Assembly: GCA_012295275.1 (NCBI GenBank)
Contig: CM022674.1
Coordinates: 1,054,001-1,118,000, forward strand
Direction: 5' to 3'
Length of the DNA stretch: 64,000 nucleotides
Origin: Chrysomallon squamiferum
Lineage: Eukaryota > Animalia > Mollusca
In this document: one piece after another, positions 47,101 to 61,415 of the stretch
How positions within the stretch are numbered: the stretch's first letter is position 1
How the letters are laid out: each line of letters starts with the position of its first letter
Notes under the pieces: generated by a model
Told to the model about the DNA's origin: nothing
Databases searched by the model: none
The model's input: only the letters and a program-made list of their open reading frames with translations
Program-made: the position numbers and the translations under genes

Positions 47101-49117
47101 GTTTTGGCTTTAGATATATTTTTTTCAGTTCTTTGTTTAAAATATCAATATATCATTATCTACATATTGTCAGGAACTGCTTAAATTAAAGAAAAAGTAT
47201 TAATTATTCTCTGATAACAGATTTGTTACAATATTAGTTTTAAATATGTTATTCTATTTAAAGTTTATTTCAAAATAATATATCTGTAGCGATGATGTGC
47301 TTAAGTTGAAGAAAAAAACAATAAACAATTCCCAGATAACAATGGTTTGATATATGACTATTATCAATTGTTCATGTGGAAAACTTTAATCTGTCTAGAA
47401 GTGTAGAAAACAGCTTAAAAATAAAGTAAAAATTTAATTATTCATAGAAAACACTATTTCCTTTTTTAACTCTAAACAGATAACCAAAAGTAATAAATGA
47501 ATAACAATTTCTCAACAGTTCTTGCAAGTCGTTCAGTCTGTTTTGTAAAGATTTTATAAGATGAAATCGACAATCCCTCTCTTTTCTTAGTATTCTTACC
47601 AACAAACAATATTCTTGGGGGGGGGAGTTTACGTGCTCTTTGACAAAGATACAAATGCATTAAAATATCTAAAAAATACCAATAATAAAAAAACAAAAAT
47701 AAAAAAAGACATGATAAATGCATTACCTTTGTCTCTTCAAAACACTAGTTATACTGTACTGGTTGTTTGAGACACAGCTAACATGAAATAGACAGACAGA
47801 CTGTTTAACTTCAAACAGAAAATTTTAGAAAATGAATCAGTGGGTTGTAGAAATGTAAACAATACAAATCAAAAAGTGTTCTTTCATGTAAAACTAAAAA
47901 AAACACTCACACAGTCTGGAACCCTTCATCTGACACACATCCATCTTTGTCCTCTTCTGTTTTGTTTTCAGTTCTCTTGTTTGTTACTTCACTTTGATTA
48001 GAATACCTAGAATGAAATCAAATAGTGTTAGTTTTATTATTATTTTTTTCTCTCATTATTTTAGATATATATATATAATTTTTATTAAAGTCTTGAGAAA
48101 TATAATCTTCCTTATTATTTTTATTTTTCCAGTACTTGTGTATAGTAATTTTAATAAAGTGTCATGGAATATTTATTTAATGTTTGGGTATATGACTTCT
48201 ATAAAATTAAATGTTTCAGTATATTTTAGGAATTAAATCAGCAAAATATTTCTCTAATAGTTCTATGGAAATGGAAATGGAAAAAAATTAACGTGCTAAT
48301 CAGAGCAAGCTGTTGTGAAGCACGTCTGCGACGGGCACGCTTTCTGACAGGTCTATCATTATTTAACTCCTTTATACAAGTTTTTTAAATAATCTTAACT
48401 CTAACCTTGAATGTAAACCAATCACATGATAGATAATAAAATATAAATTACTGTGGTCCAGTGTACAAGGGACAGGTGGACATCTGACATTTCTCAATAA
48501 TTTAATTTTGCAGGGACAATAACAAGCAAAAGTTCAGTCAAATACTGTGAAAATCTGATTGTTGTCAAGCCTAGATTTAAACTGAGTTTCATTCAGAAAA
48601 TCGTCGAATCGAGAATGGTTAAATAATTTAGAAACTTAACAGCTTTCAACTATAGGAAATCAAATGACGAATTCTTTTGATTATCACGAAAGTCAACATG
48701 AAGGAATACGTCGTCTCAGCGTTAATATATAAATGATCACAGATCAGTATTCATTTATGTGAGTTTGCCACTCTTCAGTCGTGATTAAAATGTCAAGGGA
48801 CAAAACGAAGCAACACATAACACAACAATGATGTCACTGATGATACTGATAGTCAGTCTGCCTAATTAAATTAATACTTAGATTCTTAGTTCGTTTTTTC
48901 GGCGATTTCTACTTTTTTTTTTTTTTTAACAGATACCTTACCAATTATTGATTAACATTTCTGCAAGTGTTTCATGATTGCAGTTTAATTGTTCTCTTAA
49001 AGTATTCCATCTTTTCAGCTGGAGACCTAGATGCACATGCTGCGAACAGTGTGTTAAAGGACATCGAGTACTAAACGGTTCGTGACTCGATGACGGAAGT
49101 GAGTCTTCAGACTCCAT
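44133..49117 (-). CDS. Nine-finger C2H2 zinc-finger protein, ZFP91/ZNF653/ZNF692/ZNF276-like (~1038 aa after repair of a 1-nt frameshift)
   Basis: Exons 49117-48942, 48006-47911, 47777-47727, 46925-44133 (all phase 2, GT-AG). N-terminal VHLGLQLKRWNTLREQL...LAEMLINNW resembles the ZNF692/ZNF653 N-terminal motif. Last finger [26 protein letters not shown] matches the family signature [14 protein letters not shown]. An A5 run (plus-strand T 45504-45508) needs A6 to read HLKLKKHFCPHEGC. Confidence 0.85.
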
Positions 49118-50260
49118 CTTTCATTTTCATTTCTGTCTAACTTCCACCAATTAAGCGCTCCGATGTTTCTGAAGTAACAGCGTTGTATCATTATTTTCGT
49201 CTGATTTTACTGTATCTAACTGTGCGTGCGTATGTGTGGGTGTGTATGTGATGCAAGTCTGTGTAAAAGAAAGACAAAAGGTAATTATTATAATTTTTTA
49301 AATATATGTAACCTTTATATTTTTATAATTTTTTTTTTAAAAAGATAACCAGCTCAATGGGCTGGGTGCTTTAGCAGATTAGCAGTAATTAAATAATTGT
49401 ATGTACGTTCTCATAGTCAGAAAAACTATGCTTCTAGCTTTTGGTTGTTTAACGGGAAATAATCGAATTCAATTATTTAGTTAGTTATCTCTTTGTTTGT
49501 TTGTTTGTTTGTTTTTTTTGTTTTTTTTTTTTTTTTTGTTTTTTTTATTTGTTTCTTCTCTTGCTTGTTTGGTTGGTTCAATGGTTGGCTGGTAATTGGT
49601 TTGTTGGTAAAAAAAAAAATATTTATTTTGTTATTTTATTTTTTTTTTTTTATTTGGTTTTATTTGTTTCTATTTATTTATTAATTTATTTTACTTTATT
49701 TTTTTAATGGTGTGGTTCTTTTCTATTTATTATTTCTTCTTTTTTTTCTTAATGATTTTTTAATTTTATTTCTAACTATCTATCAAAGCATTTGTCTATC
49801 TGTCTATCTCTTTATTTGTGTTTCTATATGTCAGAGTCTGCCTAGCTATCTCTCTATCTATCTGAAAAAATTGTTTATTAAATGTGACAACAAATAGTTA
49901 TTTTGGGAATCTTTCCTCGGTAAAATATATTTTATTCTCTACAGAAAGATTGATAGAGACTGAAAAGAACTATCTATTCTACTGAGAGACGAGGGAATAA
50001 AGAAATAAATTCAATTTTTCAAAACACAGTGTCTCATATTTCACTGCAGACGCCATATTTCAAAGAGCATAAAAGGAAAGTCAGAGTGTGACGCTGGTCT
50101 GTCTGGGGAATACAGGCGCGGTTCGGGAGGGGCTCTCGTGATCTAGAAGATATATATTATTAAACGCCTTTCATTTATATAAAATTAGCCGTCTTTAATC
50201 TGCTCGTGTGTGTGTATGTATATAGTAATAGTATATATATATATGTGTGTTTGTGTATGT

Positions 50261-50311
<51 letters not shown>

Positions 50312-51171
50312 GTGATATATCTGTGTGTATAGTGATTTTCCAGGTTTTCCAGGTGTGTAATGTTTGTAACGTGTATTTCTGTCTTTGTTTTCTTTTTGGT
50401 TTGTATATATGTGTTTTGTGTTTTGTCTGTGTGGGGGGGGGTGTACGTACGTGCCTGCGTGCGTGAGTGTATGTATTAATATGTTTGTGTTTTTATCATT
50501 GCTAATCTTTCTGAAGCATGGACTGCCTGACAACAACCTCTGACTGTGATTCTGAGTCCGCCCCTGTATCGTGTGTTAAAATGATTAATAATTACGTTAT
50601 GCTAGGATTCTCTCCCCATTTCGCCAACCAAATTGTTTATCGCAGTACATTGATTTCTTCGAAATTGTGTTTAAGAATGTACGGTATTTTGTTTTTATTT
50701 TATTTTATTTTATTTTATTTTATTTTATTTTATTTAGTTTTCTAGCAATATATGTAGCTATCTATCTGTCTGTTTGTCTGTCTATCTCCTATCTATCTAT
50801 TTGTCTATCTGTGTATTTATTTGTTTCATTTGTTTTATTTATCTGTTTTATTTTTTATTTGTCGTTGTGTTTTTTGTTTGTTTACTTTTACTTATTTATA
50901 AATAATGACAATTTCTCTGTAAAAGCGGCAGTGGTGGTGACTATAACTGACTATATACATAATGATAATTCTGCATTCATCTTTGTTGTCAGTTAGGTGC
51001 TAAATTTTGTATTCTATTTTACATAATTGTTTGTGTTGATATGGACAGTGATGTCATATTTTAAGTTGTTATAGTTCTTGTTTGTTTGTCGTTACCGTTG
51101 CTGCTTCTGCTATTCATTTCTTCTTCGTTGTCATCATCATCACTGGCGTTGGTGTCTTCTTCTTCTTCTTC

Positions 51172-51244
<73 letters not shown>

Positions 51245-53710
51245 TCTTCCTCTTTCGAAAATGTTTCTTAATTGCAGATAACAAAATAATATAGAGATTT
51301 CTCGTGAAAGATAAAAACAGCTTAAATCCAAAGTCAAGATAATACTGCATGATACGAAAGATCATATCGAATAGTTTTTCTTTAATCATCTAATGGCTAA
51401 CTGGTTACTTCTGATATGTTTCTCTTCAGCGAACATTGACTATATTTTCCATTAACACTAAGCAGACTTTCATACACTTTTCCGATGACAGCAAAGAGCC
51501 TTTCAGGTAGACTGCGTTACAGCGATGTTGACTTTCTTATTTGTAAAACCTCCTTGATCAAACAGAATCCATTCGACACCAAATATCCGTTAGAAATACC
51601 AATTTAATAATTTATTAAAGTGTATTATAAAGTTTTATTTGCGTAACTGAACTGCTGAGTGAATGTGTTTAACACGTGCTTCATACGCCGACAATTTGTA
51701 TTGTAATTTTAAAACTTCTGCCAAAATTATCCTCCTTAGCTGTGAAAAAATTAACATCACCGGTTTTGCTCGTGCAAAATTCACGTCTGAAACTTTCACA
51801 CTTCCGTCGCATACACAGTGTCATGGCGGTTTGCATGGTTACGGACAAAGCATTTTAAAAAATAATAATAATAAAAATAAATAAAAATAAAAGTGCTGGA
51901 ATGAAATGTAGGTCATGGAAGGATCAGACGCTGGTTGATCCATGCTGACTCTGTAATGTTTTATTTTCTTTTTTTTTTATTATTTTTATTTTTTTCAACT
52001 TTCTAACTACTTGAGCTGTAACGCGCACTTTATTCTGTTTTATTTATTCAAGGCAGCTGATTGATCCGTACTGTATTTATATTAAACAGTCTCATTCCTC
52101 TTAGTTAACTTAAGCGGACGAGGGATTTGCATTTCAGTGATGTCATCTAACAAAACAAAATAAAATAAAATAAATATATTTAATAAAATAAATAATTTAA
52201 AATAAATAAATAAATAAATAAATTAAATAAATAAATCAAAATAAATAAATAAATATAATAAATAAATAAATAAATAAACAAATGAATAAGTAAATAAATA
52301 AATAAATTTAATAATAAATAAATTGACAAGAGATATGACAGAGGATGGAATCAAAAGCGATTAGTTTATCAGGATTTCTTTGCATCAGATATAATCGTAT
52401 TAAACAAATAAATGAATTCGAAGAAAGGAGTATTTATGTAAAATAATCGACACTGGCGAGGAATGAAAAGAAAAATTTGCTGCTGAGATTCAATTCTGGG
52501 GCTTTATGTTTGTGAAACGTATGGAAAATCACGATGCAGTCTGTGTACGTGAATACTACTTCCCTGAAGCTTTTCAAAAATATTTTTTATTATTTTATTT
52601 TTTATTTTTATTTATTTTATTTTATTTTATTTTATTTGTAAAATAATAATAATAAAAATTAAAAAATGAATAAATAATAAAATAGAAAAACTCCCACAAA
52701 AAAAAAAAAAAAAAAAAAGAAATAATCTTAATGTCATGCAAAAATACTTTTTTTTACATTTTGTTGCTGGATTTTCTTGTTATTTGCTTTTGGCGAAAAC
52801 TGTCAGTATAAATAGTTATTTCTGTTATTATTAATTTTTGTTTTTCATATTTTTTTCTTTCATTCTTTTTCTTTCTTTCTTTCTCTCCTTTCTTCTTTCT
52901 TTCTTTCTTTATTTACTGTCGTTGTTGTTGTTATTGTTATTATTATTTTATAAGCTGAGACAGAGAGATAGAGAAAAATAGATGTTATAGATTTTTGCCA
53001 TTGTTTTGTTTTGTTGTGTTTTTTCGTTTATTTTATATTTTATTATTTATTATTTATTTTTTTTATTCTTTTTTTTTTTTTTATTTTAGTATCTTGTTGT
53101 TGTTATTGAATATGATGTATATTTAATTTGCGTTAACCAACACTACACATTATTAAAGCCTTTAATTGAACAAAGAAAGAAATATGAATAATAAGGTAAT
53201 AAAAACCAACGATATAGACTACATTCGTGTGTCTTCTGAATTTATGACCTACGTATACAGTAGTTTCAAATCACCAGATTTTTATTATTTCAAGTCAAAC
53301 ACATTTATCCCTACGAATATCTTCACAGTTTCTGAAAGACGGTGATACAAAATTCTTTAGTCTCATGTCAAATTAATGACCCTTGTTTCTGAAGACTACT
53401 CAAGTACTGTGATGGCTCTGAAATATCTGTCTCACACCTTCACGTATATAATTCGGAAGGAGCAAGGTTTTTATTTAAGGGCAAGGATTTTACAAGTATA
53501 AAAGATATCAGTCCAAAAGTTTAAATTCAACCGACTTTCACAACAAAAAGAACATTTCGTTTTACAGACAGGGTATCACTTAATATCTATATCTATCTAC
53601 ATGTATTATCTATTTGTCTATCTATCTCTGTCTGTCTATCTATTTATCTATCTATCTAATATCTACATATGTATGTATATATGTATGTGTGTGTGTGTAT
53701 GTATGCATGC

Positions 53711-53768
<58 letters not shown>

Positions 53769-54554
53769 TATAATAGGGGTCTTTGGTTTTTTCGTTTAGG
53801 GTGGATGGATACGACAAACTTTTTAAATTTTTATTCTTATTTGTTTTTCCTTTGGAAAATGACCCATCTAGCGAAATGTACATCCATTTTATTACTAAAT
53901 GAGTATACTAACCGGAATTATACTTTTTTTTTTCTTCTACATTCTTGACAAGAAGGAGACGTACCCAAACTACGTTCACCGTCCTCAACCACCCTCCCTC
54001 TCTTTTGATTCCGCACTTTGGCTCTTTATTCATTTCCACAAGTACAAGCGAATTAACGATGATTTGTGATTTGCAGATGCTGAAATATTTCACGGGTGAC
54101 AGTAAAGGAGTAGGCCTGTGGGAGGACAGCGTGTCTTGAATGATTCTGTTTACTGCTGGTGGCGTCGACTCTCGGAAGAATTAATAGTTTTACTTTAGTG
54201 ACACATCGAGATGTTTAGTCTTTCTTAGCAGAGTAGTGACGTTCAGAGGAGAAAGTGAATGGTCGTAGTTATTTATTGTGACCAGTGTCGCCAAAACGTT
54301 TTGTCATAGGAATGAAGAAGAAATAAAGAAAGCAAGGAAGAAGGGAAAGAAATAAATAAAGAAAGAAAGAAAGAAAGCAAGGAAGAAGGGAAATAAATTA
54401 AGTAAGGAAGGAAGAAGGGAAAGAAAAAAAAAAGATAGAAAATGAAAACAAATAAGGAAAAAGAAGATACGAAGGTATGAATCAAAGATAATGAAGGAAA
54501 ACAAAAAAAGAAATAAAAAAGAAAAGAAACAGCAACAGCGAAAAGCACGCGCGT

Positions 54555-54623
<69 letters not shown>

Positions 54624-55426
54624 ATAGCCCAAAACTAGTAAACTGATAATAACATTATGTAAAACGAAATCCACTTCAGATGACAACACTGTTTATTATG
54701 TGCAATACAAAGAACAAAATATAAACACCAGTTTAAATGTAGTTGAGGAAAAGAGTAATCACTATATTCATTTTACTAAATAATAATAATAATAATAATA
54801 ACAAGAAGAAGAAGAAGACGAAGAAGAAGAATAAATAAATAAATAAATATTACAAAATTAAATACAGTAAATATTATTTAATAATTAAAGAAACAAAAGT
54901 GAATGAAATAAATAATTAAATAATTAAAAGTTACATTAATATATTAAGTTACAGCGACCGCCAATCTAACATTTAAGTCTATGAACGAGGTTATGATATA
55001 GAGCCTAACAACACCCATCATCTTTCTTTTCCTTTCCTGGCAATGATCCACAAAATAACTTTTACTACTAAATTTTGTGCGAAAATATAACAGCATTTTA
55101 ATATATTTATTACTGTCAAATTCCTTTATTTATTTCCTTTTCCATTTGATATGTTTGTTTAAAAGAACGAAATTTATGCTATTTTCAAAATAGAAATCAT
55201 ATTTTTTTCTTCTTCTTTTTTTTTTTTTTTAATTTTTTTTATTTTTTTTTTTTTTTTTTTTATGATTAAACTATGCATGTAAAACGTTTTAATGATCTGT
55301 AGAGAATCCAAAAAAAAAAAAAAAAAAAAAAAAAGAAATTATATGAATATAAACATTTGGTTTATTTTTTATTTTTTTATTTTATAATTATCATAATGTT
55401 TTTAATGTTTTTAAATTAAAGGGAGA

Positions 55427-55807
55427 TTATCCGAGATAGTAGTTTCCGTCTCTCCACACCATGAACTGACGAGAACTCAAAGGTGACGGACGATAAGAGT
55501 TATCTTTCGTGTAGACCGGAAACCTCTTTCTGGGATAGGCAATATCCGACCGTAATGTGTCGACGATTTCCAGATCTTCGGGCGACCTCGGCAAACCTCG
55601 TTTACCGTGACCGCGAAGCAAGACCATCAAATTGGTTGGATACTGCCAGCTGCCATTGGAGTCGTAGTCCAGTGACCTTTTGACCTTCACCCTGCTCTCC
55701 TTCAACAGATCGAGGTCAGAACTTCTGACAAATCTTTTCTGAGAATGGCTGTTGTCGCTGATGCTGTTGGCTTGTTTGTTGTCGCCTTCACTCTTTAACG
55801 ACAAAGC
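55427..55807 (-). CDS. Terminal exon of a putative neuropeptide/prohormone precursor
   Basis: Acceptor tttacag| at 55810-55808, phase 0. 126 codons with four KR sites including G-KR: SQKR/FVRSSDLDLLKESRVKVKR/SLDYDSNGSWQYPTNLMVLLRGHGKR/GLPR...YPRKR/FPVYTKDNSYRPSPLSSRQFMVWRDGNYYLG*. GC-rich, coding-like composition. The signal-peptide exon was not located. Confidence 0.65.
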   Translation of the reverse strand, partial: ALSLKSEGDNKQANSISDNSHSQKRFVRSSDLDLLKESRVKVKRSLDYDSNGSWQYPTNLMVLLRGHGKRGLPRSPEDLEIVDTLRSDIAYPRKRFPVYTKDNSYRPSPLSSRQFMVWRDGNYYLG

Positions 55808-55882
55808 CTGTAAATAAATAAGCAGAGATGAAGTGAAAGAGAGAGATAGTGGGGAAAGAGAGAGGGGATAGGGAGGGAGGGA

Positions 55883-55942
<60 letters not shown>

Positions 55943-56586
55943 GGAGAATTGTGCCTGTTGTGAAGTGTGAGAGAAATAAATAAAGTGTATTCTAAACGAC
56001 TCATGTGGCAATAAAAAGAAAAATAACTTTAGATTTTACAATTACCCAAAGTCTTTAATGAAAGCACCAAAGTCTAAAATCGCAAAAAGTCATCATCATC
56101 ATCATCATCATAGCGATGAAGAATATGAAGACAAAGACGAAGAAGTGAGAGAAAAGAAACAAAATTTAAAAATAAATAAAAGTCGTCAAAGTCAAACTGA
56201 CATTTTATCCTTAATTAGAAAAAAAGCTGATGCGAGATTCTGTTTGCTTTACTTTTCTTTTTTCTTTTTTTGTCCTTACTTAATCAAAATTCAGATGGGT
56301 ATTGTTAATTCGATAAGACAAATAACGCTGAAACGTGGACGTTAAGAAATCAGAGAACGATAGGAAAACATATAAAAAGATGAGGCGTGTAAGTCAGTGT
56401 ACTGCAGAATTAAGTGAAGTGAATAATTCATTAGTTCATACTGGCAACTCACACAGATGGGGAGGATATGAACAAATTTATAACATCAGAAACAAACGAA
56501 TGAAACAATAAAAACAAAATACAAATATAACACTCGATCCGTCTGTCCAACTATGTCACTAATTAACTAGCTAACTATCTAATTAA

Positions 56587-56681
<95 letters not shown>

Positions 56682-56757
56682 CATACATACATACATATAT
56701 AAATACATCAATATATGAAAATATATAAATCAGTACATAACAATAATAATAATAATA

Positions 56758-56793
<36 letters not shown>

Positions 56794-56864
56794 TATGTAA
56801 ATGAATAAATAAATGTATAAAATAAAATCAAAGCAAATCAAAGCAAAAAGAGAAATTACATTAG

Positions 56865-56896
<32 letters not shown>

Positions 56897-57301
56897 AAAA
56901 CAAAATAAAAAGAAACAACAAACGAATCTATATCATATTTAACTACAGCTTCTAAAGTTATTTTATTCATCTAGTTTCTACATCATTATTACTGGTGTCG
57001 GCCGAAGCGCATACGGTCAGGGGATCGATTCTTTTACAGGATACATTTTCCTTTGAAGACATAATTGAGGACTGTTTTTACTTTAATGTCGAAATGTGTT
57101 TCGAAATTTCAAAGTTCAATAATTAACAGCGCTCTTAGAACAAAAAAGGCAGTAAATCCATTTAGCAGGCTTTCCCAGCAAATTTCATTGATTGTATGTT
57201 GTGTCTGATTCCATAAACACAAATAAGAAAAAAACAAAAAGAAAAGAACGAAGAAGAAAGAAAAAGGAAAAAAAAACGAAATAATAGCAATCTTATTGTT
57301 G

Positions 57302-57359
<58 letters not shown>

Positions 57360-57471
57360 TATTTATATTAATACTATTACTATTAATAATAATTCTTATT
57401 ATGTTGCCGTTGTAGTTGTTGCTGATGCTGCTTTTAATATTCCTGTCCTATTACGGTTATTACTGGAGAAA

Positions 57472-57559
<88 letters not shown>

Positions 57560-57840
57560 TCTTTTAGTTCTGTTTTCACTTTATGGGACTAAGCCACTAA
57601 GCCAGAGCAGTTTTAACCACTCATGTTATTTAATTAAAATGACGGATATAACTTTCTGAAAACGACCATGTGATATTTAATGTTTGAAAAACGAATCCTA
57701 AGTTCGAAGAAAAATACCCCACATTTAATCAATGTTTATCTCAGTTTACGTTTATTAATAATTTACTTCTCTAAAATGTCATCCATTATCAGAATAATCT
57801 AGAAAGTGAAATGTACTGAGTTGCTGACTATTTCGAATTA

Positions 57841-57886
<46 letters not shown>

Positions 57887-58247
57887 CAATAGAACGGTTT
57901 GTTGTTTTCTTCTACCTAATAACATTTTGGGATTATTACTTTATCGAGGCAAAAGCAATATCGAAATTGTTCCTTCAGAAATCGCTGTGCTTTTGTACCC
58001 ATTGTTATACTCGGTAATTTGAAAAGAAAAGAATTTAATTCCTTTTTAATATAATTTAATTCAATTTTATTTCATTTTATTTTAATTTCAATTTTTATTT
58101 ATTTATCTGTTTTTTTTGTTGTTTTTTTTAAATTTTAATTTACTTAATTCATTAGTGGGGTTTTTTTGTGTTTTTTCTTGTTGAAGTTATTGGTTTTTAA
58201 TTTTCGTTTATTTTTTTATTTATTTATGTTTTATTAATTTATATATA

Positions 58248-58311
<64 letters not shown>

Positions 58312-58752
58312 TCTATATTTTTTTTTTTTTTTCTCTGTGTTTTTAAACGCTGTCGCGATTTCACTAAAATCTGGTAACTCTTTATTTTTAATAATTATTA
58401 TTATTTTTGTTAATAAAATGTCACGTTTCATTATCTGATGAAAAATGAGACTAAATGTCGGGAACAATCATTTATAATAAACTGCGATCTTCATCTCATC
58501 AGCGTCCTCTTTCGGTTTTCTTCTAAATTGATAAAATATCGAATAAATTTAGATGATTAAAAATAAGCTAATAAATTAAACCAGTCAATCAATTAACGCG
58601 TGCGGGATACCGTTATTGGCTTCATAATTAATTAGATCGCTTAGTTAACAAAAATTAAAAATTAAATAAAATAAAATAAAATTAAATAGCGTAATAAAAT
58701 CGAGTATCGTGATAGCCATGTTAATACAGAGTGGGAGAGTAATAATTAAACA

Positions 58753-58832
<80 letters not shown>

Positions 58833-58979
58833 AAGTATGTATGTGTTATATTTTTAGCCTGGTATATACTATTTTCATAATGGATATATGAATATTTAAT
58901 GACTTCGTGACAGAGGCTTTTTCAGCGATCGAATAAAATAAAGTAGGAGAAAGCAAATACGCGGTCATCAAGGCATGGC

Positions 58980-59077
<98 letters not shown>

Positions 59078-60120
59078 TTTCTCCAGTAATAATATATATA
59101 TCTTTCTTATTTATTACAAGCAAACGTTCTTATTATATGCATTTGACAATACGTAAGAAAGTACATATGACTGTCTGTATTAAACCAGGTAGGAGACACT
59201 GTGTGGAACGAGAAACAACCATCAGCCGCAATGAGCGGGATTGATCTTGAGGCCTACAACACGCTTCAAGCTTTCGTCCTAACCAGAGGACTCGAGTTTT
59301 GCTGTCGTACATATTTCGCTATAGTACATTCCAGTGAACGAAGAAAGGTCACAAACATATAATTTTCCATCTCAGCATGCCTCACTTAGCGTCTAATTGC
59401 AACCATTTTCATTAGTGTCACTTTTATTCATTCATTTTATTTAATTTTTTTTTTTTTTTTCCCCCGCTATTGTCGTTACGCCCAACGGACGAAAGTCGCG
59501 AAGTGAACAAGCAAAACATTCAATCAGCCGTGTGGAAAACACTACCACGGATCGACTGGTAATCTCCCCATTTTCGATCGATTTCCGGTTGTGTCCGCGG
59601 CGCAACACTTACAGGATGAAAGGTTCATTTCTCCGGGGACGCGCACTCGTAGAAAAATAATTTACTCCGGATCTGTTTAAGCCGGTTTCAATTCGTCGCG
59701 ATAAAGTTACCTGCGGATACTCTAATCTGTGCAGAGCCATTTATGTTTAATATCACTCACTGCGGTTAGCTAAACACCAGTGAGACTGCTTTCACTAAAT
59801 GTGTAATCATTGCCTCGGAAACCAGATTCTCCCAGTTAACAAAAACAAACAAACAAAAAAAAACACCGTAGTTCGACAGCTGCCGTAAATTCGTCAAAAG
59901 TGCATAAAAACAAAATAAAATAAAATAAAATAAAAGAACGCGACGAAAGCCGATAATGAAAGTCAAACAACTCACTGTGCGTATCCAGTGTTTGTTTGTT
60001 TTTTAAATGTTTCGTTTAGCAAGTCGATATGATTGCGCATCACAAACACACTTAATCACTCAGAGATATTTTCAATATGCAAGTCTCTGCCCTTTTTTCT
60101 CAGTTTTTTTTTTCGTTCCG

Positions 60121-60221
<101 letters not shown>

Positions 60222-60380
60222 CTCTATATGTCATCCATCACACTGATTTATTAATGTATTGATAATCTACTGAAATTACATCTCATCAGAACCTTTTAAT
60301 GATATTAATAATATATGTATTTGCTGAACAAAATATCAAAGGTTTACCAACAGATGTGCACAGATCCGGGAAAATACTCA

Positions 60381-60462
<82 letters not shown>

Positions 60463-61372
60463 GAGATCGAGAGAGAGAAGCAGTTTTTATTTTAATAACC
60501 CAAAGCAAAATTAATTAATACTGAATTAAATTATCAACAACCTTATCCATTTGTGTAACATTTGTATTAAAATATTCTATCTTCGTTGATTATTAATAAC
60601 CATAACTTTAAAAAAAAAAAAAAAAAATCATAAAAACGACTGGTCACGTTGATAGAAAGGAAATATTCTTACCACAAACCTGAGCACTTTTATAAAAAAA
60701 GAAAAAAAAAGAAAAGATGAATGTATCCTCAGTTTGCGTGACAACGGCCAGTTTGATGTCATTAGCTATCTTTTACATTCATTAATCTGTTAAAATTTCA
60801 TGTCATCAACTTTCACAGTTAACCACTCGATAAAACTGTGTTGGATAGATCAATCGATAAATAAAACAAAACAAAAATTAAAAAAAATAAAAATAGAAGA
60901 ACTGCACTGTTAATGAGATAATGGACGCTGAAGTAGTGTTGGTTATTTCTGTGAAGCGACTTTGCTGATTTATATAACAGAGACACAGCATCGGTTAGTT
61001 TGTCCTAATGAACTGAATAGGCAGTTAAAATTATTGTCCTTCAGTGGAATCGACAAACAGGAAAAAAGAAAAAACCAACAGAAAAAAAACAGCATCGTAA
61101 AAGTCACTAATACACACACACACGCAAGCACGGAAGGACGCACGCACGAACCCATACACTTGCCAGATCTGCTTAACCTTCAGTATTGTTAAATAAATTC
61201 GTTTATTTGTTTAATGTTTTACTGAAATCCTTTTTCAAATTTTTTGCAAACAAAGTAACTTTTTCATTTCTTTTGAAACGAGAAAATTAACTGACCACCA
61301 CTGCAAATAGTTTGTGTTTTCAAAACAAAAGATTTCCGATTTACTCAAACAAAAAGGTTCGACCTTTCCAAA

Positions 61373-61415
<43 letters not shown>

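Noticed and set aside
53490-54260. TATAAAAG at ~53497 plus short ORFs at 53908-54139
   Set aside because: No coherent spliced ORF or recognisable motif. It may be 3' flank or UTR of the peptide gene.
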